From NCBI GenBank assembly GCA_021613535.1, contig CP075496.1:13950001-14014000 (forward strand): a stretch of DNA of 64,000 nt. Direction: 5' to 3'. The notes under the pieces are model-generated. The model did no database searches, was not told the DNA's origin, and saw only the letters and a list, made by a program, of their open reading frames with translations. This document shows, piece by piece, positions 25,301-40,011 of the stretch. A program made the position numbers and the translations under genes. This DNA comes from Adineta vaga (lineage: Eukaryota; Animalia; Rotifera). Numbering within the stretch: the stretch's first letter is position 1; the number at the start of each line of letters is the position of its first letter.

Positions 25301-28300
25301 CGAACATTAAATTCTCGTCTAAATGCTGAACTTGATTTGTTAATCGATGAATTTATTTCTATAAGTTCATCTTCAAATTTTCTCATATCACCTATTCAAA
25401 TCAATAATCTTTGTTTACAACCTGAATTAACACTTTCATATAAACGAAATCTTCCATTGTGGAATTCTTCGAATGATTTCAATCAACGTAAATTTCATTT
25501 AGTATTCTATCGTTTTATTGAAAATCTTTCCAGTTTATCAATGGAATTCGATTTCTTTTCTTCAAAATATCCTCAACAAATTCATTTGATTCAACTTGTC
25601 AAAGAAATGTCACATCCGGAAAATAATTTACTATTAAGAATCTTAATCGAACATGATTCAATGATCAAACAATCAAGAAAAACATGTAAAACCAAATCTG
25701 TTGATGAACAATTATTCTTCGAAATTCATCAAGGACAATTTTGGACTTTAATGAAAGATTATTTTATGAAAACTTTAGATACGTAAGTTAACAATTTTTC
25801 TAAAAACCACAATTTTCATATTGATTCTTTTGAAATAGATCTGATTTGATTGAAAATAAAGAATTAGCATTTTCATTCTATCGTTCATGGCGTTGGTTTA
25901 TATCAATTATTGATTCACCATCGAATTTAATCAATCGTCGTCTTCATTTAATCATTGCTTGGCCTTATATACGTTCATTATTTTTAATTCCAATGGAAAA
26001 TTCAATATTTAGTGAACAAATCAAACAAATCGATGAACAATATATGACAATTCAAAATGAATTCATTCGTTTTTATAATTATTATCAAAATCAAACACAT
26101 GATTTGATCAAAACAAAGGATGAATATGAATTTTTATGTCGAAAAAAAGATGTTTTTCAACAAATTGATCTATTTTTGGATAATAAATCCGATAAAAATT
26201 TAGAAAAATACTTACAATATTGGTTTCATTATGAAAAACAATTAACCTGTCTATTTCAACAATTAAAACAATCACAAGTAAGTTCATTTCTCGAATAGTA
26301 GACGAATATCTTATTCTCTTTGTTTTAGATCTATGATTTCAATCTTCTAAATGAAATTGAAACACGTTGGAATGAATTGAAATATTCTGTATCAATATTT
26401 GATCATGATATTTTATTCTATAATACATTTGATTCTATAACATATTATCAATATCAATGGATTGATTGTTATCTTCATGAAAAGTCTTGTTCATATCCAT
26501 TTGTTTCATTATCAATTCCATTTAATGAAACATCAACTTCTGATGAATATTTTTGTCAATTAATATCCTATTCAAAAGATCCATCAATAATTAATCTTTA
26601 TATTGAAAAATGGCTCAATCAAACATCTTCAAAATCATTATTTCATTATTATAATATTCGTACATCGAATGTTCCATTTGGTTTATACGATAAAATTCAT
26701 CAACAAATACAATTTTGGTCAAAATTTCTTTGGTTTAATGGATCATTTCTTCAATCGGATCGATCAACATTGGAAACATTTGTTCGAAATTGTTTGAAAA
26801 ATCCATTGACTAATCAAGAAAATCTTTGTTTACAATTAATTGAACAAAGTTTCAATGAAATTGATTTAATTCAACCACGTGGTGAAATTGATCCGAAGAT
26901 TTATGAACAAATTCTTCATGATTATAAAATTAAATTTCAATCGGAAATCTCTTTTGAATATGATTTACGTCGAGAATATCAAGAACAATATGAATATTCT
27001 ATTCATTGTTCAATTCATCAATGGGAAAATGAAATGAAAATAATATTAAATGAAATTCCCATTGAACAAAATGAATTCTATCGTTTTAATAATGATCAAT
27101 ATCAAATTTTAATTGTTTATTTAACAAAACAATTAATTAATGAATTATTAAATAAAAAATTTCTTTTAGAAGAAATTTATGAAAAGAATCAAAAGAAAAT
27201 TTATCAACAATGGAGAAAAAATATCGTAGAATTTTATCGAAATTTTATTTTAGCAGAAAAATTTTATATTTATCGAGATGTAACAATGCCATTGATGAAA
27301 CAAGTCTTTCAAATTGTTTTAGCTTTTGATTATCAATTTCAATGGAAAAATGAAGAGAAAAATCAATTATTTAAATTTTGTCGTTTACCATTGGATTTAA
27401 ATCAAATCAATTTATTTGATATTGCAAAAGATTTATTTGAAAAAAGAACATTTGTTCAACAAACAATGCCAAATGAACGATTTAAACAGTAAGATTTACT
27501 TTCTTTTAGTTACAGAGAGAGAGAGAGAAAGAGAATAATCGATTTGCCATTGATGGCAAAGTTTTCGAAAGATTAGAATCGGCAATTAGAAGTATTGATT
27601 ACGTGGAATTCATGAAAAGATTTGTTTTTTCTTCTCTCATTTAGATATTTTGTATTAATTCTTGAATATTTGGTTGTTTATTCACATACCGTTGATAAAT
27701 TATCTGAAGAATTTAAACGTCTATTACAAACATATCTTGAAACAATTTATTATCTCTGGTCGGAAGAACAACGTCAAATTGATGAAGAAAAACGTTTATC
27801 CTCAAGTATTTATCGTCATGAAACCAGTGAACTTGAAAGTGAACAAGATCATACTGAATATCATCGATTATTTCCATCATTTGATTCACATTTTCAAGAT
27901 TTCCTTCCTCCTGAAGAATCTCTACCAATTGAAGAAACAAAATCTCTCGAAGATAAACCTTCAAAATCCTCTATACTTCCATATTATCTTCTCTTCGAAT
28001 ATTTTTCTTCCATTTTCAAGTCGAAAAAACCTTCTCTCAACAATCTTCTTCTACCATTTTTCAATACAATCTATGAATTTGGTGAAGATGATCGTTTAAT
28101 TACTCATATGATTCGTTTTTCTGTTCCATCCAAAGATTCTTTATCAACTTATTTCTTAAATCTCAACAAACCATTTGATATTTATCAAGATTCGAAATCC
28201 TCTATGATCATCGAATGTTATCCAACCATTGCTTCAATTGAACAACGTACAAATTATCTTCTTCTTACTCATGACAATCATCCAACATTAACCGAAATTC

Positions 28301-31300
28301 TTCTTGTCATTCAACGAATAAAATCTTTTTCCATTTCTCATTCTCTAATTAAATTTCTCTATGGATTTGATATACTTTTCACAAAATTAACCTATTGGCA
28401 ACAAACATATGCATCGAAAAGTCTTCAAACAACATTTGATCAACAATTAGAATTATTAACAACATTAATCATTCGATTTCGTAAATATGAATTCAGTTGT
28501 TATGAACAATCGCTTTCCATGATCGATTATAATCAACGACAAACAACAATAACAACCTGGTGGTTACATTTGTTTAATTTAATCAATTCAAAACAGGAAA
28601 ATGTTGATGAATTCGAAAAAGTTCTTCATGAATTTTTCCGTCAATCGACTCTGGGAGATTTTCCCATTCGTTTGGAAATTTGTCAAATTTTTCTCAAATA
28701 TTTTCCGAATGAAAATCGAATGATTTTAAATTCTATTATTCAATATTATCAACAATTTCAAGATTTTCTCGATCATCAACGAACTTCTTTTCGTAAACCA
28801 ATTGAAATTGAAATCAAAAAATTCTTATCAATTCAACAATGGAAAGATACGAATTATTATTCACTTAAACAATCAATTGAAAAATCTCATCAATTTCTTT
28901 TCAAATCTATGAAAAAATACAAACAATTTCTTCATCAACCGATTGAAAAACATCTTTCAACATATCAAATATCAGTTCAATTGACTAATGAAGATTTCTT
29001 TCGTTTAATTAAATTAAAATTTAATAAAAAAATCTTTCATTTACAAAATTTTTCATTCATCAATGAAATGAAATACGATACAAAAGTTATTCTCGAACTT
29101 TCTTCAACAATTTCCGCCATGAAAATCGAAACAAACGATCGAAAAGAATTAAAACAATTATACACTGAAAAACGTCAATTAATTACACAATTATTTCAAA
29201 AATTAACATCAATTGGTTTATCCTATCGAAAGGGTTTAATGAATCTTCGTTCTCAAACATCCTACGCCATCCAACCGATTGAAATCTCATTTCTTCCAAT
29301 TGATTTTCAAGGAAATTATGGTTTAATTGAAACGAAAAAGAAAAAATTAATCTTAAAAGATCGTTCGGAAGTATTCGAACGATTCGAAAAACTTTTTATT
29401 CAAACAGATTTGAATTATTATCGAATTCTTTATCAACATAAACAATTAGATATACTTTCAAAAGTAAATAAACTCGATCCAATTATCTATCAACGTATTC
29501 AAGGTTTTCAAGAACATTTAATAAAAGTTATTTTTCAACAGAAATTTCTTCTTCATTCGTTTCTCGAACAATATGAAATGTTTACGAAACATTTTACACT
29601 TTATTCAAAACGAAATTTTCAATTTCAATTCAATCAAATGAATCATATCGATCGATTATATCATTCAACGATTGATTTAATTGAACGAGTTTATTCGTTT
29701 TTGTTAATTATACGAGCAATTCCCAAGAATTCAATGGAAGAAATTCCGATTTTGGATATCAAACCCAATTATGTGGAATTAGTCAATTCAAATGATTTGA
29801 CGGAATTATTGGAGAAATTTTTAGAACGATTGAAGATTTTATTAGAAAAAATGAATGGATTTTATGAGAATGTGATAGATTATCATCCGTCGTTGAAGGA
29901 CATTTATAACTTACAACAGGAAATTTGTTTGTCAAAAGAACTAATCGGAAATGTGATGGGAAAATTATTCATTGATGAAAATCGCTTTCCAAATGATCAT
30001 TTTATCGGAGATTTAACGAAGAATTTCATGGAAATTTACACGCAATTTTCAAAAATTAATATTCTCAAACATGAAAAAGGTTTGTTATCATAAACGACAA
30101 GAGAAATACGATCTCAACATTGAATATAATCTTTCGATAGTTAAACATAATGATTTTTACTTTTAAAAATGTATTGAAATGTAAAAAATAATGCCTTGAG
30201 TTTTCCAAGATATAGAAACCATTGTTAAAGTCGATTAGCATAGAAGTTTCAATCAAATTTTATACCCCGTAATTCTGATTTCTTTCTCTGTTTGTTTGTT
30301 TATGTATGGATACACTTCTTTCCAAGGACAAAAAATTACTTGAATATTTCATTTTATTTAGATTCAATTCCATCTGTCAACCCAAAACCATTACGACGTT
30401 ATACAAAACGCTTAATTTCAGCTCTTGATGAACTTTCTTCTCAAACAACTTCATCTCCAATGTGGCTTGTTCATTTCTATAATTATCTAAACGGTCATAT
30501 AACTCGTTTTGATCTTCCATCTCTCACAAAATTAATCTCAAAATCTCTTACATCAAAATCTATTCTCTTCTTTAATCAAATTCATTTATTAATTGAACAA
30601 TTACTCTATCGATTTATATATTATCATCATTGTACTTCACAAGTTTATCTCTCATTAAGTAATACATTCATAACTTTATTACGTGATGGTTTTCAAATGC
30701 CACCGGAAGAAAGTGAAGATAATAAAAATAGTGATGAACAAAAGGCTGAAGGTGGATTATCGGGTATGGGTGATGGTCAAGTTGGAAAAGATGCGAAAGA
30801 TGTTTCAGATCAAATTGAAACTGAAGATCAATTAGATGAAGCAAAAATGCCTGGACAAGAACAAGAAAAGACGGATGAACAAGAAAATGTTTCAGATGAA
30901 AAGAATGGAATGGAAGTTTCATTTGATTTTGAAGCAAATATGGATGATCCATCGAAAAATGAAGATGAAGAAGGTGATGAGAATGAAAATGAAAATGAAT
31001 CAAATGATGATGATGATAATATAGAAGATCAAATGGGTGATGTGGATGAAGATGATCAAGGTGAAGTTTTTGACGATAAAAAATGGGGTGATGAAGATAA
31101 AGAGGAAGACGAAGAAGAAGAAGAAAAAGAAAAAAAACCAAATGAAAGTGAAAAAGCCACAGGAAAAGATAAAAAACAACGAGATGGTCTTTCAGCTAAA
31201 GATGATCAGTTAGATTTAAATGATGAAACAATCGAAGAAAATCCTGAACCAAATAATGATTATGAAGATCAACCACCTGGAACAACTGATGACGATGATA

Positions 31301-33331
31301 TCAATGTTGATCAACTGCCATTAGAACTTCCAGATAATATGGAATTAGATGGAAATGATAAAGAAGAGGAAGCAAAGGAAGAAAATTCAGATGAATTAGA
31401 ACATCCCGATGATGAAAATATGGAATTACCTGACCAAGAAGAGAAAAAAGAAGAAGAAGAAGAAGAAACAATCGGAGATGAGAATGAAAAAATCAATTCT
31501 ACACGAAATCCAATTCCAGATGATCTTCCTGATCAAGATCAAGCTGAACTTGAACAATCTGCATTAACACAAGATAAAACATCTAATAATGATACAAACA
31601 ATCAACCAAATGAACATCAACAAAGTTTTGCCAATGCTGAAACATTCGAAGAAGAAAAGCAAAATCAAGATCGTCAACAAGAACATCTCGGTGAATCTTC
31701 TTCAACAAAAACTTCTCAAACACAACAAATGTCTTCCAATCAACAAAATCAATTAACTCAACAATTAAATCCTGATCGTCAATCTGAAACAAATCCCAAT
31801 CAACCTTCGAATCAATCAAATGAACAACGAACATTAAGTGAAATTGCTTCATTAATTGATCAAAATATCAAAGCAGCATTTGATCTTGAACAAAATGAAC
31901 AAATCGAAGATATTCCTATGGATGATATTCCCACAATTGATCAATCCAATCAGTCAACACAAATCTATGCACATGCAAAAAATATTCCGAAAGATTTTTC
32001 ACAACAAAAACAAATACTTGATTCTGCTACAGATCAACAAGTCAAACATGTTGATGAAGAAAATCAACAAGAACCAACTGAACCTGAACCAATGATGATC
32101 GATAATCAACAACAAGAAGAAAAAGTCGAAGAAGAACAAAAACGTTCGACATTAAAAAAAGAACCAATAACAAAATCGAAATCTTCTTCGTCAAATCAAA
32201 ATCAACCATCTGGAGTTCAAGCTGAAGATGAAAATGAAATGATCTCAATTGATAAACCATATATTCCAACGGAAACTGTTGAACATCAATTTGATTACGA
32301 AGTTCATGTTAAACAATTAACAACGAATCTAACAGAACAAATTGAATATCAATTAGAAGAATGGTATACAAATCCTCATGAAGATTCATCCGAAGAACAA
32401 AATGCTGAACAACTTTGGACACATTTGGAATATTTAACTCAACCATATGTATTTGAATTATGTGAACAACTTCGTCTTCTACTTGAACCAACACAACGAA
32501 CGAAATATTCAGGAGATTATCGAACAGGAAAACGTTTAAATATGAAACGAATTATATCTTATATTGCATCAGATTTTCGTAAAGATCGAATTTGGTTACG
32601 ACGTTTAAAACCATCGAAAAGACAATATCAATTAATCTTAGCAATTGATGATAGTCAATCGATGGACAATTTACAAGTTAAACGTTTAGCATTAGAATCA
32701 TTAATTTTACTTGGACAAACATTAAATCTATTAGATATTGGACAATTTGGTATTGTTTCATTTGGACAATATATTCGTATGTTACAACCATTAAATCAAA
32801 CATTTAATCATGAAAATGGTATTGAAATCTTAAAACAATTGAAATTTGATCAAACAAAAACACTTTTAGCTGAGGTAAAATCAAAGTTCATTTTTGCATT
32901 AATCATTTACGATCATTTTTCTATGTTTTTTTGTTTAGTTAATGGAATCAGTAACATCGACATTTAGTAAAGAAAAACTTCAAATATCGAATCCATTATC
33001 TCAATTATTGATTATTTTATCTGATGGTCGTGGTTTAACTGTATCGGGTAAAGAACGTTTATTAAAAAGTGTTCGTCATGCAATTTCTCAAAATATCTTT
33101 GTTGTCTTTGTTATTCTTGATAATATAAATCATGAAAAATCTACATCAATCTTTCAAATCAATGAAGCGATATTCAATGGTGATAAGGTGGAATTTCGAT
33201 CGTATTTGGATAGTTTTCCTTTTCCATATTATTTAGTAATACAAAATTTGGAAATGTTACCTCGTGCTTTAATCGATGTAATGAGACAATTTCTTGAATT
33301 AACTACAACTAATAACAACAATAATCAATGA
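16311..33331 (+). CDS. MDN1: Midasin (Rea1) dynein-related AAA+ ATPase, 60S biogenesis
   Basis: Six AAA modules (CGETGCGKT, QGETSVGKT, VGETGCGKT, EGSPGVGKT; ILDELNLA; SRAFRNRF), helical linker, D/E-rich tail, GDYRTGKRLNMKRIISYIASDFRKDRIWLRR, MIDAS DDSQSM and ILSDGRG, C-terminal YLDSFPFPYY. Probable start MDIDCEHH at 16311. Confidence 0.97.
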
Positions 33332-34906
33332 TTGTTGTTTAGGACTCTTTTTTTTCCTGTTATGTTTTGTTTTCTTGTTTTTTGTTATTAAACAAAGAAA
33401 AATAATTCAATTTGTCATTTCCGTTTTCTTTTAGAGAGAAAGAGAGAATAACTGCGTGGAATTACGTACATATTTTTTTTTGTTTAGTTAACCATTTCCC
33501 AAAGGAAACTATTCATAGTAATGTTAGAAGTAATTAGACATTCTAGTAGAATAGAGAGATAATCTAGTCACCTAACAATCATTTATTCAAGAAATATAAA
33601 AAATTTCATTTCGATTTTAGTTTTTCTTTCGATGATAAAGATAATGGGTTAGGAACAATGAAGTTCTTTCTTTTTTTGTTCGGAGTAGTTTATTCATTGA
33701 ATACATTAGGAAACGAAAGCTTTATTAATGTCGGTTTCTATGTTTCGGATGTCTGAAGTAGAATTATTTTATTTACAAATGACATTAACATTCATTTCAT
33801 CAACACAGCATGGTTATTATTTTCTCTTCTCTATAGAAATAAATGATAACATGGAGATTCAGTTTTTTCTTTCTTATCTTTTTTAAGAACTAAGAGATAT
33901 CATTTGATGTCAAAATGACCAAGATTTTGTATTTAGTCGTCCGTAGATATAAGAGAAAAGAGAAGAAAATTTCCATAATTGAAAAAAAATATGTTGTTTT
34001 TCTTTTCTCGCTGAGTATACGAATAATTTATTATTAAAATAAACAATTTTGCTTCTTTTTCAGATGGAAACTATTGATTTAGATTTATTATTCTATCACG
34101 AATCACATTCGTCAATTGCTAATACTATTTCCATTTGGCTCGTGAAAGAAAGCAAAATTCAAAAACAATATTTGAATAAAACGAATCTAATTGTTGATGT
34201 GTTAATTCAGTTTGATTTTCGATTAGATTTTAAGACTTGAGAAAGAGGGAAAAAAAACATTTTCTTTTGAAGATTTAATCTGAAAGTAAAAGAAATCTTC
34301 TGTCATATTAGTTAGATAATGAAAGAAAAGAAATGATTTTCTTCTTTCTTTTTAATTAGTTTTATCTTATTCAGATGTTGAGTTGGTGTCTATGACAGAC
34401 ATATTATTTAGTTCTTTTCACGCGAGTGAAAAGAAAGATAAATTTATGAAGAAAAAAAAAAGAATTCCTAGCCTGTCACCTCTATCTATATGAATAGATG
34501 CTACTAACTAGGCTAAGTAAAGGATTCTTTTTCTCTTCTGACTTCCGGAGTAAAGAAGAGAAAAACCACATAGAAGATGAAGAATTGAGAAAAGATTTTT
34601 TCTGCTTTTTTTTCTTCTCTTCCCTATCTCTACCAAAACTTCCGTACTTCCTCAGTATTCGTCTTTTAAGAAACAAACAGCATCAATATCGGTAATAGAC
34701 CGATGCATGACGAAGAAGTTTTTTTTTGCCCAACTAAGGAAGAAAAAAAAACGAGTCGAAGAAGAGGAAAAAAATAACGATGGAATAGAGAAGAACGCGT
34801 CAATGGATGTAACCATCTAACCGATAGTTATTTCTAATGATGAGAACGTTTCTTTCTTTTTCCTATTTGTTAATTAATAAACTTAGATTTCACTCCATCA
34901 TAATTA

Positions 34907-34929
34907 NNNNNNNNNNNNNNNNNNNNNNN
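34907..34929. other. Assembly gap (23 N)
   Basis: Run of n characters in the sequence. Confidence 0.99.
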
Positions 34930-37558
34930 TATTATGAACAGTAATATTACGTGCTCATTTCTCCTCTATTTCACTGTGTTTTAGATAATATAACTACGCG
35001 TGATCGATCATATTTGTTTCGGTAAGAAGATTTCTTTTTTTTCTTCTTCTTCTCAAGCATCATTATCATCAAAGAGGTAAATTATTTCCTAGATGATCTA
35101 TTATATGTCGACTAACATTGAACTATTGTTGAATATTTGTTTGAATTGACAATCTTTAGAAAAAAGAGAAAATAAGAATAGTTATATTAGACCAATAATG
35201 AAGCAAACCAAATATGTTTTGTCATGCGAATATTTCGGAAAGAATGTAATGTATGGTAAAGCATAAAATGCTCATTGAAATGAATATCAAATTAGATTGA
35301 TAGGTTCATTTTCTGCTCGTATGGCCTTGATTTCTTAACAAAAATATTAATAACTTGTCTATCTACAATTATTTTGGAAAAGAAAAGCAACAACGATTCG
35401 ACAATATTGTTGACTTGTAGATTAGTACTGATTGTTGTCGATAAGATATCTAAATAGAAAATAGTTATGTCGGAAAGAAAAGATTATCAATATTTCTGAC
35501 TTTTCATCGTTGTCGTCGATTGAAAATAATTTTATTCTCATCTCAATTGACTCACAAGTATTTAAACGCATAAAACGATTAAATAGAAAGGAATGAGATC
35601 GTTAGAAAAATGAGAATGTATAACGACGAAAAGAAATAATTGTTAACAGTCATTCATGCTACTTTTCTATCAGGGGACTCGCTCACTATAATAATATTCT
35701 TCTTTTTTTTTCTCGTCTTTTTTTCTCTCGGCTCTTCTTCATTATATGTATGACGTGAGTGATTTTTCTCTTTTCAACATACACAATATATAGATATAGA
35801 TATAGATATATATATATATAAAGCGACAGCAACTGAAACTTATGATAGATTTCTCCATCCATTATATTTGATTCAACTTACCATCCTTTCAATTTGAAAA
35901 CCATTATCACTAACAATATGTTGTAAGTAAGATAGAAAAGGAAAAATCGAGTCGAACGACTACTGCCGTTGTTGATGTGTTGATTAAATTTTGTTTTTCA
36001 TTCGAAGCTCGCTGAATGAATACAAAAAGCGGAAACATTCAGCATCTCCTGTCAGTTCGATCATGAATATAAATTTTACGTTTGATCAAAAAGAAAAAAA
36101 ACCCGAGTAAGACAGTAAATCAGACGTAATACAGGTGAAGAGAGAGAGAGAGAGAAAACAGATTATACACTCAGTATTGCTAGTCATGCCTCGATAGTTA
36201 TTCAACGTATGTAAAATACACATTTCGAGAGAATAAAACGCACTTATATCGATTTCATAAGAGTGAAAATAATTCAATCAACATTCGTCTCTCTTTCTTT
36301 TGTATATTTAAAGGTAAACTGTAACAAACTAATTCTATTTACTCATTCCTCCTTCGTTTTCTTTTGCAGTCGACTCTTTCTTTCAAAGATACAGCTATTG
36401 TAAAAGAATGCCGAATATAAGATAACAAGGGGTTATTATTTTTTTGTCTCTCGATGACGAAAATTTCGACATTTAAGTAACAAGTTAAACAAAATTCTGT
36501 TGAAGATACTTATCAGATATCTATGAGTTATTTTTTTTTCTTTCTCAAACGGTAAATTTCTATATAAAATATTGACATATGTAATGATTGATTTTGATAT
36601 ATTAAGACAAACTGTATCTGAGCTGAATGCAACAAAGTATCTTCGACTTCGTTCTTTCTCGTTTTTTTCTTCTTTTTCGTTGTAAATGTTTATTTCTTCC
36701 ATTGAATTGTTTTGCATTCTGTAAATGTCATTTCGAATAAGTCTTGTTTTACAACAACGAAATTTAGTAAGAAGAAAAAGAAAAATCAGTTAATGGATGT
36801 GAAGTGGTACGTAGAGAGAAAATGACACTTATGCCAATGACAAGAGAAGAAGAAGAAGAAGAAGAAGAAAAAAGGTTTGTCTACTGTTTAGTTATAAAAC
36901 TTCAAAATCATCATCGACGTCTATTTCGTACGTTTTTTTTTCTTTTCTCTCATTACTCTTTTTTTCTTTTATTCAAAGTCAATTTATTAGTTTTTTGTCA
37001 CTTATATCGATCGAAGTCATTTACTTTTCTTTTTCCATCTAGTATTCTTTTTCGTCATGAAAATTCTTTCATATCTTTGAAAGTCGTACCCATAACAGAA
37101 GCAGAAATATTCTCATGATGATCATCATCAATAATAACAACAATAATAATACCACCGAAATAAGAAGAAGAACACTAGAATATCTCCTAAATATTTCTAT
37201 CTTTATATTCCCTATACGTTGCTGTGTCTTTTATTACTGAAATACATCGCTCGAAGCACCAGCAGTAGTAGCGGATATGACTCGTTTTTTTTGCGCTCTT
37301 TTTCTCTTGTTCGGCCTTGGTTGATTCTGTGTTTCTCACGCACACACACACGCGCGCGCACGCACTATCGAGAAGAGAATATTTTTTTTTATTGTGTTCT
37401 GTTCTATGCCGACGGTTGCCACTATCGTTCGACATACTACAATTCAATTGCGTTTTCTCCGTTTTTTTTACTATTAGGTTTTTCTTATTATTATTATTAA
37501 TATGTATATATGTTTTTTAGGCTTCCATCGGTCATCACATCTAAAGAAATAATTAATC

Positions 37559-38916
37559 ATGGTCGACAACACATCGTCGTCCGAACAGACAGTCCGCGAT
37601 TGTGAAGCTTACATAGCTAAACATGATATTCAAAACTTATTACGCGATTGTATCGTTCAATTATGCTTAAAAAAGCCATCCAATCCAATCCAATTTCTCT
37701 CTAATTATTTCGATAAACTTGATAGTCAAACATCATCATCAACAACAACAACCAAAAAACCCAATATGCGTCAACAACAAACAGCATCACCTATCGAATC
37801 AACAAGTAAACAACAATCAACAAATGGTAGTGTTGCCGGTGAAAATGATGATCTAGGCGATTTAAATGAACCAACAGGAGGAAATGCAAGTAGTCATCCA
37901 AATCAATCCACCACCAATGCTAGTGTTAAAACACGTGAACGTCGTGGTGCAGTTTCTGCTGAACCTTATAAAGAAGAAGATGCAACATCGTATGTTAAAA
38001 CTGTTATACCAAAAGATTATGCAACGATGCAAGCATTAAGTAAAGCAATTCAATCGAATTTATTATTTTCACATTTGGATGATAGCGAAAAATCGGATAT
38101 ATTCGATGCAATGCAACCATTTAATTACAAACCAGATGAAACTATCATTCAACAAGGTGAAGAAGGAGACTTTTTTTATATTATTGATCAAGGTGAAGTT
38201 GAAGTTTATGTTAATAATAAATGTGTTACAGCGATATCGGATGGAGGTAGTTTTGGAGAATTAGCTTTGATCTATGGTACACCACGTGCAGCTACAATTA
38301 AAGCCAAAACTGATTGTAAACTATGGGCAATTGATCGAAAAGTAAAATAAAGAGAAGAGAGAAATGACGAATCACATTTGGAAGAAATATTCGTTCTTTT
38401 TTTTTAGACTTATCGACGTATTTTAATGGGTTCAACAATTAAAAAACGTAAAATGTATGAAGAATTCTTATCCAAAGTTAAAATCCTTCAAGAACTTGAT
38501 CAATGGGAACGTTTAACTGTCGCTGATGCTCTTGAACCTGTACAATTTAATGATGGTGATAATATTGTTGTTCAGGGTGAAAAAGGCAATGATTTCTTTA
38601 TTATCGCCGAAGGTAAAAATTTATCTTAATTAAATCTCTTATGAATTCTTATTCTCATCTAGGTACTGCTATTGTTTATCAAAAACCATCGGATGATGAA
38701 CCAGCTGTTGAAGTATCGAAATTAGGTCCATCGGATTACTTTGGTGAAATTGCTTTACTATTTGATCGTCCACGTGCAGCAACAGTCAAAGCAAAAGGTC
38801 CATTAAAATGTGTTAAAATGGATCGTGGTCGATTTGAACGTGTACTCGGACCTATTTCCGATATTCTTAAACGAAATGTTGCTCAATACAATTCGTTTAT
38901 TAATTTGGCTGTTTAG
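37559..38916 (+). CDS. PRKAR1: cAMP-dependent protein kinase type I regulatory subunit (3 coding exons)
   Basis: D/D domain [22 protein letters not shown], type I pseudosubstrate RRGAVSAE, two CNB cassettes [16 protein letters not shown] and [16 protein letters not shown]. Introns at 38342-38407 and about 38613-38662. Confidence 0.97.
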
Positions 38917-39291
38917 AGAAGAAAAAAAACAACGAACAGTATTTAAATATAAATAAATTTATCTATCTATCTATAGTGGAGCGAAAATTCAAACAAACAT
39001 AGAAGATTTTCTTTCTCTCCGTGGTTCCTCTTCTTTTTTTCTCTTTTTCTTTTTCTTCATTTCGTTGTCAATCGTTCGTTTCTATTTCATTTCTTAAAAA
39101 CCAAACATACACATTGAAGATTTGCATGTCTCTTTTCTCTCACGTGCCGTTTTATTTTTCTTTTCTTCTTCTTCTTCTTTTTTTTGTCATTTTCAAAAGC
39201 AAAAAAAAATTCTTAAAATATATTTGCGTATTATTTGATGTTTGCTACTTCTTCTTTGTCTTCTTTTTCTTTTATTTCTCAATCTGTTTAG

Positions 39292-39669
39292 ATGATTCTT
39301 CGAGTGATGTTTTTCCTAGTCATTATTTTATTCATTGATATAACAGATTCAACAATGAATAATAAAAAAAGTCCGTCAATGTCTTTTACACGTCGTCGAC
39401 AATTAGATGAAACATTTCGTCGATTAAATCGACAATGTGAACAAAAAGAAACATGTCAAAAATATTTATTAATCAATTCACAACCTTCAGATACTTCAAT
39501 TCAACAACATCAAAAAGAATTAACTGAAATCAACATGATTAATTGTGTACGTCGTTGTATAACAAATGCATGTTACCGTGAAATTTATGAAAAAGATCCA
39601 TTGGAACGTGGTGAAATTGATGTTCGAGCGAATCATTTTAAATCATGTTGGATTAAAGAACAAAAGTAA
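39292..39669 (+). CDS. Small secreted Cys-rich protein, DUF4787-like
   Basis: Hydrophobic signal peptide MILRVMFFLVIILFI, then NCVRRCITNACYREIYEKDPLERGEIDVRANHFKSC, matching the remembered DUF4787 pattern NCxRxCxSxxCYxxIY..D.LE.GEID.R...F..C. Confidence 0.75.
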   Translation: MILRVMFFLVIILFIDITDSTMNNKKSPSMSFTRRRQLDETFRRLNRQCEQKETCQKYLLINSQPSDTSIQQHQKELTEINMINCVRRCITNACYREIYEKDPLERGEIDVRANHFKSCWIKEQK

Positions 39670-40011
39670 ATCAATTTATTTATCATTATGATATTATTAT
39701 ATTTGTAAATTTAATCTTCTTTTCTCAGATAACTAAGTCAAATTATTAACATAATTCAATGATTTTTAATATTAAATTTTCTTTGTGTAACTTGATATTT
39801 CTATTGAGAGGCTTTTAATCAGTTAGTATGTGAGACATGCATGAAAAATTTTTCATCAATATTATCGAGATATAATTGAAAACATGTTTCAACTGTCATA
39901 GTAGCAATTCGATTGATTAATGACCTTTATTGACATTTTACGAACATAATTCAATCTCGTATTTCGTCATGTATTATTTTATTTATTAGTAAAACAACAG
40001 AAGAATGAAAT

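Noticed and set aside
27662-32494. Many overlapping and antisense ORFs inside midasin
   Set aside because: Shadow frames of long AT-biased or low-complexity exons; no independent motifs.
37338-37365. Alternating purine-pyrimidine tract CACGCACACACACACGCGCGCGCACGCAC as a Z-DNA regulatory element
   Set aside because: Similar (CA)n tracts occur at about 8500 and 13935; they cannot be distinguished from ordinary microsatellites.
34049-37520. Short ORFs upstream of PKA-RI
   Set aside because: Poly-F/poly-K translations of microsatellite and T/A tracts; likely promoter, 5'UTR exons and introns (acceptor at about 37520).
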